This document shows, piece after piece, positions 20,024 to 29,936 of a DNA stretch of 33,955 nucleotides; the first letter of the stretch is position 1; each line of letters begins with the position of its first letter. The translations under genes and the position numbers were made by a program. The notes below the pieces were generated by a model, which was not told the DNA's origin, did no database searches, and saw only the letters and a list, made by a program, of their open reading frames with translations. Where the stretch lies: the NCBI GenBank assembly GCA_001724245.1, contig MEDX01000094.1, positions 1-33,955 of the forward strand, written 5' to 3'. Source of the stretch: Fonticula-like sp. SCN 57-25 (taxonomy: Eukaryota).

Positions 20024-20183
20024 TCACGGCGATGCAGAGGCCGTTCAAACAGTGGATTCGGCGGGAAAATGCGTGAAATATCAAAAGTGTGGCGGGAAAA
20101 CGAGCCAATCACGTGAGGATCATCACGTGACCAGGACGCAAACCGTTAGCTGCATCGCTGTAGAATCGTGCGTTGGTCGAGCC
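20024..20183. promoter_or_regulatory. 160-bp bidirectional promoter (RNASEH2A / CENP-C) with E2F-, CHR-, CCAAT-, E-box- and Myb-like motifs
   Basis: GGCGGGAAAA at 20060 and 20091; TTCAAA at 20044; CCAAT at 20105; CACGTG at 20110 and 20124; CCGTT at 20041 and 20143. Confidence 0.7.
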
Positions 20184-22328
20184 ATGCAGAGGAATAAAGT
20201 ACGGCGCATGTTGCTTTGCGCGTGCATGTATGTTTTACTTACACATTTTTGATTACAGAAGCCGCGCGAAAGCACGGTGCTTAATCAGCTTCCCGGGATG
20301 CTCGGTCAGCGTGGTCGGTGCGCATCCTGAGCGCACATTGGCGCCGTGTACTCACTCTTTGTGCGTCGATCGAACAGGCGGACGGGCGTTGCGGTCAAGG
20401 AGGATGTTAAGAAGGACGACGATGGGATGGACAATGTGGACGATTTCTGGGGCGGAAACACTCCCGCCAAGTCTGCCTCTGACATGGACGTTGACGATGG
20501 TCGTACGTGCTCATGCGGCGGTGTGCGCTGATTCGAGTGCTTACACCTGTCATTTTAGCCGTTTCTCCGTCGCCAATGGGCCACTATAGCGATAGCGAAG
20601 TCGAGGCGCCGCCCAGCATGGCTGCGCCCTCCCCTCGCAGGGCCGCGCCCGTTGTTCGGTCGCCCATGCGCCCCCTTGTGGAGCCGGCGGTGCCCGATAC
20701 GCCACCGACGCCACCGCTACCGCAGCTCAACCTTGACAAGCGCAACAGCCCCGCAAAGAAGCAGCGGAAGGCGCCGGCCCCGATCGAGGAGGACGAGTAC
20801 GAGGACGACGAGCCGATCGTACTGAGCTCAAAGAAGCCGCGCGCGACGGGGAAGCGGGCGGCAGCCGCCGACGCGGACGATTTCGACGACGATGATGACG
20901 ACGATGGTGGCAAGGTGTTTACGCTGGGCGAGGCTGGCTCGAAGCCGCGCGCCACAGGGCCACCGAAGAAGGCGCCCAAGGCGGAGAAGGCCCCCAAAGC
21001 AGAAAAGCCCAAGGCCGAAAAGCCGGCCAAGAAGGAGCCTGCGCCCAAGAAGGGGAAAGAAAAGAAGGGCTGGTCGGGACGCGCTTACGAGGAGGAGATG
21101 CCTGAGGATGCAGCGCCCGAGGAGCCCGCCGCCGCTCCCATTGCCGCTCCTGCCGCCGCACCTGTCCCCACCCCCGCCCCTGCTCCTGTTCCCGCCCCTG
21201 CTCCCGTTCCTGCTGCTGCCGCTTCACCGCCGCGCCCCAAGGCCAAGCCGCGCAAATCTGTCTCTTTCCCAAAGAAGATTGCTGCGCTGTCAGACGACGA
21301 GGAGCAGCAGGAGGAGCAGCGGGAAGACGAGCACGAGGAGGAGGCGCACCAGGACGGCGCGCTGGCCGAGCGTGCTGCGTCCGGCCGCGGCGGTCGCGTC
21401 CGCATCCCCCCTCAGCGTTTCTGGATGAATGAGCACCCGGTGTACCGCCGGCGCGAATCGGGCACGTTCCTCTTGCCATCGCTGGTGGACATTACAAGCC
21501 CGACGGTGCCGCGCGGCGGCAGTGCGGTGGAGACGAAGCGGAGGCGCAAGCAGGCTGGGTCCAAGCGCGCCCGCCGTGACGAGGACGAAGATGAGGATGA
21601 CAGCGAGGAGGCGTCGAGCGCCGGCAGGAGAGCGCCGGCTGCGACCAGCAAGGCAAAGGCGAGCCGCCGGCGCGTGGTGGCGGACGAAGAGTCATCAGAG
21701 GAGGAGGCGGCGCCGAACCACGACGACTCGTACTCGGAAGAAGACACGCCGCCAAAGGCGGCTGCGGCGCGTCGTCGTGGCAGTGCAGGCGCCGCGTCCA
21801 TTGCCGTTGGGCAGAACACACAGGCGCTTGCAGCGGAACTCGGACGAGCTGGCTTCCAGACGCGGGCGCCCATGTTTGAGGCGCCCGGGATGGCCAAACC
21901 GATGCGGCTGGCGATCCCGCTCGAGATGCACCAGCTGCGCGTGGTGAAGAGCGGAGGGTTCCAGATGGCGCAGGGGCTCGAGCAGGGGCCGGCGACGACG
22001 GGCTTGCTCGTGCTGCCCACGCGCGGCACAAAGCCGTCGCGCAATACGCGCAGCAATTACAACTTTTTCTTTGTCATCGAGGGCGTCGTCAAGGCAATGA
22101 TCAACGCCGTCGAGTACCAGCTGTTGCCCGGGAGTCAATTCTTTGTCCCACAGAGTACGTAAAGCAGGTGGTGGAGTTGTTATTCCAATGGCTAACGCGC
22201 GCACAGACTGCGACTATGAGCTCACAAATGTCGGGCCGGGCGAGTGCAGGATCAACTACGTCATCATTCGAGGAGGCGCGGGTAACGAGGGCGATACGAC
22301 GGTGCTCAGTGGAGGCCAGGCAAAGTAG
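20184..22328 (+). CDS. CENPC: Centromere protein C (Mif2/CENP-C); 5 exons
   Basis: Mif2 N-terminal motif GQRG|RRTGVAVKEDVKKDDDGMDNVDDFW, CENP-C motif RGGRVRIPPQRFWMNE, and C-terminal cupin (GLLVLP...KPSRN...FFVIEG...GSQFFVPQ|NCDYELTN). Introns at 20199-20258, 20318-20377, 20503-20558, 22155-22206. Confidence 0.93.
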
Positions 22329-22529
22329 ACGCTCAGTTTTCCCGCTTGTTTCATTTGTGCTGCTGTACTTGTGTCTGTTTTGAATGTAATACCTTTGTCC
22401 AATGTCCTTTAAGGTGCATTTGGGCATGCTGTATTTCGTCTGTGTGCTGCAATATTACGACATGTTTTATTCACTTGACCAAAAGCACACAGACTGATGG
22501 TGCAGAGCAAGGGAGCCTAAAATACAATG

Positions 22530-23279
22530 CTACAGGTTGAGGGAGGGGATGTCGGACGGCGGCTGTTGTAGCCGGACGCGCTCGAGCACAAACGGCGACT
22601 CGACCGACGGCGGGATAAGCGTCCTGTATGATGCGAGGCGGTCTTCCAAAGACTTGACGCGCGACAGCATCTCCTGCGCAAGCGCTGGCGCGGGCACGTC
22701 GGGCGCCATCCCTGACCGAGGCCTGGGCCCGTCAGAGTCGGAGGTGGTTTTGGCGCGAAGAGCGAGGACCTCCTGGTGCATGTCACCCAGCTCGTCACGG
22801 ACGCGCTGCAACTCCCCAATAAGAACATTCTTCTCCTCTAGGTCTTCCTCGAGCAGCGCTGTTCTCTCCAGTAGCCGCCCATAGCGCCCTTCAATTTCGC
22901 CGAGGGAGGATGCCGCCACGCGCTCGGCCCGCTCCAGATCGTCGTTCTGCTGCTCCAGTTCCCGGAAGCGACGGCGGAGGTCGTCCAGCTGGGCGGACGC
23001 CTCTGACACCTGCGACTCGAGTGTAAAGATATGCTGCCGCGAGGACTCTCGCGTCTGCTGAAGGCGCTGCTGGAGGTCGCCGTTCTCCGCCTCAAGCTTG
23101 TGGCAGCGCGACGTGACTTCCTGAAGCTTTAGCGTCGTGCGCGTCATCTCTGCCTCCATCTCCTCTTCGAGCTCGCGGCTCTGCTCTTGGTAGTCTTCAA
23201 AGTTTGTCTGGGATTCCTCAAGCTGCGCGCGAAGCGACTCGGCCTCGCGCCGCCAGTGATCCGCGTCGCCGTTCGTCAT
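22530..23279 (-). CDS. NDE1: NudE/NDE1-family dynein regulator (coiled coil)
   Basis: Motifs HWR...NFEDYQEQSRELEEEMEAE and RELEQQNDDLERAER...LLERTALLEEDLEEK...QRVRDELGD. ATG at 23279. Confidence 0.92.
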   Translation of the reverse strand: MTNGDADHWRREAESLRAQLEESQTNFEDYQEQSRELEEEMEAEMTRTTLKLQEVTSRCHKLEAENGDLQQRLQQTRESSRQHIFTLESQVSEASAQLDDLRRRFRELEQQNDDLERAERVAASSLGEIEGRYGRLLERTALLEEDLEEKNVLIGELQRVRDELGDMHQEVLALRAKTTSDSDGPRPRSGMAPDVPAPALAQEMLSRVKSLEDRLASYRTLIPPSVESPFVLERVRLQQPPSDIPSLNL

Positions 23280-23398
23280 GGCAGGCAGTGCAGCAACCAG
23301 CAACCGTCACAACGTTTGACTCACAATGCAATATGCAAACCAGTTTGCAATTGCACGCGCGCTTTTTGATTCATCGCCGCGAGCGGGCCGAGGCAGCG

Positions 23399-26300
23399 AT
23401 GGTACGTTCGGTCCCTGGCGTCGGATCGGTTTGCTAACGCTCGTGTGGTAGCTGCGCATCCACGCCATCAATGACTCGGATGACCCAACACTTTTGGGTC
23501 CGGCCGTTAAGCGCGATGAGCTGGAGTTTCAAGTGGAAGTGCTGCAGGAGGATTACCGCCGGGCGACCCTTGTCCACAAGCGCTTTGTCGATAATCGCGC
23601 GCTCGTGAGCTTGAAGGATGTTCGCATAGAATATGAAAAGGTGTTGGCGCGTTCAATTGTTGAGCACGAGGTACGCATGCTGCAGTTCGACGGGTCATTC
23701 TGACGCACGGTGACTAGGATTTGCGAAAGGCGCTTTTCGACATGCGCGCGCGCGTCCTATTCCTCACCTATCGCAATCTCGGCCGTCTGCACGAGGACGA
23801 AGGCCGCAACGCCGATGCGCTAGAGTACTACATTCAGGCGTCCGTCCACGATCCCGAAGACGGCACCACCTGGTCCAAGGTCGGCCGCCTGGCGCTGCTG
23901 ACGGGCCGCTGGCGCCTAGCGCGCGCCGCATACGAGCAGGGCATTTCCGTCGCGCCGCGGCACCCAATGCTTCGCCAAGGGCTCCTGAACGTTTTGCGCG
24001 TGCTTGATGATGTTGTGGCGCTAAAGGCAGCAGAGTCGCTTCTCTCCATAGAGGCGGGCGACGGTGACCCGGAGGAGACACCCGAGGAGCAGCTATACAC
24101 GGTTCCGGTGATGTTTCGCGAGCGTCCGATGGCAAATCCTGAGCTCGCCCCGTTCAAGGCCCGGCGGCGGCTGGATGTTGCGGCGATGCGGCGGGCGGCG
24201 GAGCAGTCACGCGGGAAGCGCCGGTCGCTTGTGCTGGACCACGCGACCTTTGTCGGCCTCGGGCAGCTCCTGATCCGCACCTTTATGGAGCTGGAACGGT
24301 CAACGTCCGATATTGCGCAGGCGCGCGTGACTGTGCGCACACAGTCCGTATCGACGGATCTTCAGCTTTTCTCCGCCAAGGGCCGCCCTTCGTCGATGCT
24401 GTCGGCGGCGGACGTCCCCTCGAGCGACGGCGACGCGCGCTCGCCCTCGCCCGAGCCCGACGAGCCCGCATCGTCATCGAATGGAGCAACGCGCAAGAGG
24501 AGGGCGCCCGTAGACTTTGCCAGCATGTCGCGCAAGTCTTCGCGGGTTCAGGCAAAGTCTTCCGATGAAGAGAGGCGGCGGCGCCTCGCAGAGGTGCAAG
24601 AGGACGTCCGGCCGCTGCTGGAGTGGTTTCTGGGGCTGGCGGGGACGAGCGAGGGGCAGGACGAGGCCGAGGTTATCCCGCTCATTCACTGCTTCAGGAG
24701 AGCAATTGCGTCGCCCGAGCTGCTCGTCGACGAAGCAAACGGCCCAGTGTCGGCGGCCGCGCGTGACAGCTCTTCATCGGCAGCTTCAACGGGGGCGCTG
24801 CCGCGCAGGAACCCCGTGGCATTTAAGGACCTGCAGCGGCGTAAGGAGCGCGCTGGTTTCGCCGAGCTGCCGGACGGCGGCGTGGACGACACGGCCGTGA
24901 ACGAGTTCCTGCAGTCGATGGCGGGGCGGTACAGCATCCTAGACCTCATGTCATCGCTGCTGACCCACCTGACGGGCGACTATGGAAATCACTTTTGGGG
25001 CAGTTCGCCGACGCTCTACGGCGTTGTGATGACGCTGCATCGGATTGTGGACGGGTCGCTGCGCGCAAGGATAGACAGACTTGTGTTTGAACTTTTGGAG
25101 AACGTTGACATGGGTGAGCAGGAGAGGGCGCCGTTGCTACGTGAAGCGCATGCGCTGTTCAATCACTGCCTCGTGCTGTACGAGATTGCGCTGTGCGGCA
25201 CGACGGTCGTCGACGCGCGTCATTTGGAGGCCGCCCTTGTTGCGCTCATGGCCGCAATCCCCATCACTGATGCCGAGCGTGTGCGCTTTTTCTGGCTTAA
25301 CGCGCGACACTGCGAGGTTGCTGGCGACAGGAAGGGATCGCTCTCGTCCATTGCGTTATGCCGCGTGATTTTGCCGCGGCTGACGGAGCGCGTCGCATTT
25401 GCCAACTGCCCCGACATTGATGTGCTTACCCTGGAGAACGTTGATCTGACGTCGGTGGTTGACGGCGCACCGCTTTCGCTGCCTGACCTCGAGCTGGTAG
25501 CGCAGATTGACCTGCGCACCTGCGCGAGGCATCTTCAAGAGATTCTCGAGCGCCCAACAGTGGAGAATATGCTGGGCATTCTCCGCGCGCTAGACGGCGT
25601 CTTTGCCAAGCTGGCGGCGGCGTCGAACGCGTCGTTCAGCGAGCTTGTCGAGATGCTGAGCGCGGACGGCGACGAGCGAGACCAGTTTTTGCACAATGTT
25701 TTGTCCATTGCGGTCATGTCGTACGAGACGGCGCGACTGGCGAGTGCGTCCACCGCGCCGCCAAAGGGGCCCCGCGCTGGTGGTGCGCGCGCGCCGCCAC
25801 CATCGTCTGACAAGGCATCCGGTGCGCCTGGCCTTCCCGTCTTGCTTCACGCGTCGTCGCGCATCCGCTCGCACCCCGTTATCCAGCTGCTCGCCAGCGC
25901 GTCGTCGCAGTGCCGCTCGATACTGTGCAACGCGTGGCTCGTCCTGCACCGCCTCTGCGCCACGATTGGCTCGTTTGGCGGCCTTTCTGGCGACCCACCG
26001 GGCTTTGTGTCGGTGCCACTGGAGGAATGCGCGCCGAGCGTACGGCTTCTCGCCCTGGCGCACGGCGTCCTGGGTCCCGCGGGCGCCTGTACTTTTGACG
26101 GCGGCGGTCTGCTCGCGTACTCGTGGGGTGTGATTGACGCTGCAATTCGGGAGGCGACCGGCGAAGAGACGAGGGTGGCGCTAATTGACGCGCGACGCCA
26201 GATGGTCGTGTGCTTGTACGGCCTTCTTGAGACGCCGCTGGCGGAGCTGGACGAGAGTGATATGAAGTCGGTGTCGCGGCATTCTTGCGAGTGCCACCGC

Positions 26301-28255
26301 AAGCTCGACGAGGCGGCGGCGGCGGACGTCTTCAAGCGGCTTTTCCAGGGCCTGTCGCATGACGCTGACCTCAACATGATCGACTCGCTTATTCTGCAGC
26401 ATGTGCAGCGGCAGACGCCCGTACCCGAGCAGCTCGTTCTCACCGCAGCAACGTGGAAAAAGTGGCTCTTTGACGAGCGGATCGAAGCTGGCGCGCTGGC
26501 AAAGCCGCTGACCCCCCCGGGCGTGGTGGGCGTAGACGAGATGCCTCAAGTACTGCAAGATCTATTTTTCGTGCGCGCGTGGGACCTCAAGACGTACAAG
26601 GAGATCAGCAGCGAGCTCTTTGACCATCTGCTGTGCGATGTCGTGCTCAATCCCGACCGCGCTGCCTCGTGGATGACTATCGCAGAGTACTCGTATGTGT
26701 ACTCGTCGCAGCGGCTGCACGGCGCCGATCAGGCGTCAGAGCTCACCGACGAGTTTTCCACCGTCGTCGATCACTTGATTGTGCGATACTTTGTTTGTGT
26801 CTGTGTGGTTTTGCTCATAATTTTGTGTTTCTTTATAGCTCGGTCTGCGCGCGTTTCAGCATGCAGCCAGCCAGTTCCCCGAGGCGTGCGCTGCACAGGA
26901 GAATTTTTGGGCGCAGTACGGCGTGCTTGTCCACCTTCTTGCCTCGAACCCGATCTGGGCATATGTGTGCCAGGCGGAAAAGCCGGCGCTTTCGCAGGTG
27001 CACCGCAACGACATGCTACACTATGCGCTCGCGGTATACAAGCGCGCAATGGGCGCAGGCGAAGTCGGGCACGAGTACGCGCTTGAGCTTTCTAAATAGC
27101 GATTTGCTGACACAAATTTTCAGGGTGCTGCTGAGCGCGTGCCGACTCACTGAAAAGCTTAATCGTGAGACGCCCCAGGTGTTCATTGACATGTACGCCG
27201 AGCACTTGAATGACGTGCGTATCGGCAAGGAGATCCGGACGCGCCTGATTCTGAGCCTCGCGCGGCTGTGCTGCGCCGAGCCGCCGCAGCTTGAGCTTGT
27301 GCGCGAGACATACGTGCTCCATATTGATCCCGACGCTGTTCCCGACGAGCCGATTGCGGAGGTTATTCTGCGTCGTTTGACCCAAATGATGCCGTCGGGC
27401 GTCAAGGAAGCCCGCGACGCGCACCGCCTGCCGTACCGCTCCGCGATGCTGCTGATGCACCTGGGTCGCTGGGCCGAGGCACAGGAGCGCCTTCTCGTGA
27501 TCATGCTGCCGCGCCGCGGCAACGTCGGGCCGACGATGCGCGCGATCAACAGCTGGGACGCCTACGGCAAGTACTTGTGCTACTCGGAAAAGTACACGCG
27601 GCTGCTGCTCGGCCTGCTGCAGCACAACGGCGATATCGCGCGCCTTGCCGAGTGCGTCGCGCGCCTCTCGCGCAAGCCGCTCGACATCCTTAACGTAGGC
27701 CCGCTGCGCGCCCTCGCGGTCAAGCGATACGTAATGGCGTTGCGCACCACGTTGCTGGCCGACACGCAGCCAGTGGACTTGCCTTTACTTCCGGCCGACG
27801 TCGTTCTGCATCATCGCTCGACCGACAGCGCGCTGGCGCAGTACTACGAGGCGCTGACGTGTCTCGCGCGCGAGTACACGGAAGGGGACGAGGAGGTTGG
27901 TGATGCGCTGAAAGCTCTCTACTTTGCACTTTGCGCGAGGCTGCCGGCGACGCAGGACGGGCCGCGGCTAGAGGGCGTGACGCCGCTGCAGGCCGCGCTC
28001 GAGGTGGGTCGTGCGAATCCAAAGCCAGGAAGGCGGGCGACGGGCGCCATGTCGGAGCCTATCATATCCGAGGCACCGGCGTCGGATGCGCCCGCGGCGC
28101 CCGACCAGACGGATGCGCCCGCGGCGGCTGATCAGCAAGATGCGGCTTCGGCGCCAGACCAGGCCGAAGAGCAGGGTGCAACTGGCATTTCTGACGCGCC
28201 AGCCTCCTTGCCTGAGCCGTTGGCGACCCAACTCGACGCTGATATGTTATCATAA
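23399..28255 (+). CDS. CABIN1: CABIN1/Hir3 TPR subunit of the HIRA histone chaperone complex; 5 exons, the first being only the ATG
   Basis: The N-terminus M|LRIHAIND resembles CABIN1 MIRIAALN. TPR block: FLTYRNLGRL...ALEYYIQASVHDPEDGTTWSKVGRLAL...RLARAAYEQGISVAPRH. Introns at 23402-23451, 23671-23717, 26781-26838, 27075-27123. Confidence 0.85.
28085..28165 (+). repeat. Three degenerate 27-bp coding repeats (DAPAAPDQT-like) in the CABIN1 C-terminal tail
   Basis: gatgcgcccgcggcgcccgaccagacg / gatgcgcccgcggcggctgatcagcaa / gatgcggcttcggcgccagaccaggcc. Confidence 0.7.
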
Positions 28256-28424
28256 ACAGCCGTGTAGGCAAATATTATTTCCATGTAGCTAATGTAATAC
28301 AATTTCATGCCTATTTGTTCAGAAAGGAATTTTGCAATCCATCTGATTTTCTCACGTCATCGCGATCGATTTCCAGTCGATTTCCCGCCAGTTTCCACGA
28401 GGTTCGCCCTCAGCCCACCCAGGC

Positions 28425-29498
28425 ATGTTGGAAGGCGATGCAGAGGCGCATGAGGAAGCCATCCATGAAAGGTCTCAAATGCTGCACCAGGAGGTGACCG
28501 CGCCCGTTTATGGCGCGTCTATTGCTTCATCATCCATGGGCGCGGCTGGCGAGCCGATCCCGGCAAGCGTGGCCGCGGTCGTGTTTGGAACTTGGGTGGG
28601 ACTGCTCCTCCGCGTTGTGCTGCAAGACCTGTACGACGTAGACGTGTCCGCCGTGGTTTTCCCTGCGCTGTACGCCAATTTTGTTGGCTGCATAATTATG
28701 GGCGTAGCGACGCGGAGAAAGGACCAGCTGCTGAGCAAGTACCGCCCACTTTACTCTGGCATCACGACCGGCTTGGCCGGATCCCTCACCACCTTTTCAT
28801 CCTGGAACTCTTCTGCGGTATTTTCGGCCCTTGGCTACAACCAAGAGCTTGAGTCACCGGCCGAGCGCGCGCTCTCTTGGGTTACAATTATGCTCGTGGG
28901 ATTCGCCGTGGCCTTTTTCGGGTATTGGGTCGGCATCGCAGTGGCCGAGTCGAGCTGGCCGTGGGGCCCAGCAGACGATGCTAGCACGGGATCCAAAGAG
29001 GCACCTATTGTGCTCGTGTATACTGTAACGCGAGCCGAGTATGTGTTTGTCGGGACTGTCGCCATTTGCTACGCTGGCATCATTGTTGCGGCGGTTGTAT
29101 CGCCCGACCTTCAGGCCATCGCGCTGAGCACCGCAGTGGCACCCCTCGGGAGTTTACCGAGATGTCTCCTTGGCCGTGCGCTGAGCAAGAGCAAGGCTCC
29201 GCTTGGCACCCTGCTGTGTAATGTGGTCGGCACGGCCGTCGCGGCGGCCGCGTGCGTCCTTCAGTTTAGCAACACAAGAACAAGCCCCGACTGTCGCCTA
29301 TACACTGCCGTAGTTATCGGGTTTTGCGGCTGTCTAACAACAGTTTCCACTCTAATTGTGGAGCTCACTACGCTACCGCGCAAGCTCGCCACGGCTTATG
29401 CCCTGGTCACGGTCGCCGTCGCCCAGGCGCTCGCCTTCCTTATTGTCGAGCTCGTCGGCAGCAGCATACCAGAGCCACATATTATGTGTACCATCTAG
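28425..29498 (+). CDS. FEX1: Eukaryotic fluoride exporter FEX (two fused CrcB/Fluc domains); intronless
   Basis: Domain 1: GLLLR...ANFVGCIIMG...GITTGLAGSLTTFSSW. Domain 2: APLGSLPR...GTLLCNVVG...GFCGCLTTVSTL..E. Multiple TM helices. Confidence 0.92.
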   Translation: MLEGDAEAHEEAIHERSQMLHQEVTAPVYGASIASSSMGAAGEPIPASVAAVVFGTWVGLLLRVVLQDLYDVDVSAVVFPALYANFVGCIIMGVATRRKDQLLSKYRPLYSGITTGLAGSLTTFSSWNSSAVFSALGYNQELESPAERALSWVTIMLVGFAVAFFGYWVGIAVAESSWPWGPADDASTGSKEAPIVLVYTVTRAEYVFVGTVAICYAGIIVAAVVSPDLQAIALSTAVAPLGSLPRCLLGRALSKSKAPLGTLLCNVVGTAVAAAACVLQFSNTRTSPDCRLYTAVVIGFCGCLTTVSTLIVELTTLPRKLATAYALVTVAVAQALAFLIVELVGSSIPEPHIMCTI

Positions 29499-29936
29499 CA
29501 GTTTGTGCACGCACTTATTTATGTTGTACTATATAATATATTTTATGAACGGTTGACCGGCGCTCGCTTTCGTTTTAAAAAGATGTAGCTTAACTATGGC
29601 GCTATATTACATGCTGCACGGCCACATTACGATGCCACTCTCAATACGTCGTTTGCTTAAACTTTCGTAGTGATTTGGTCGACATTTGATAGCATTTGGT
29701 GCGCAATATCCACAATGTATCTCACAATACGTTTCTCCCCGCGATCCCCACCCCCCTGTTTTGCCTCACCCTGGCCATGAGCGGCGCGATTCCCCTCAAA
29801 AGGGCGCAGCGATTTGATTGGCTGAAACTGACCAATGGGGAATCGGTGATGCGCGGTTCATCGCTACCCGCGTCCATTCCGTTCATCGCTCGTCGTCCTG
29901 TTCTGCCTTTGTTCTGCTGCCGGACGCGCGCGAGGA

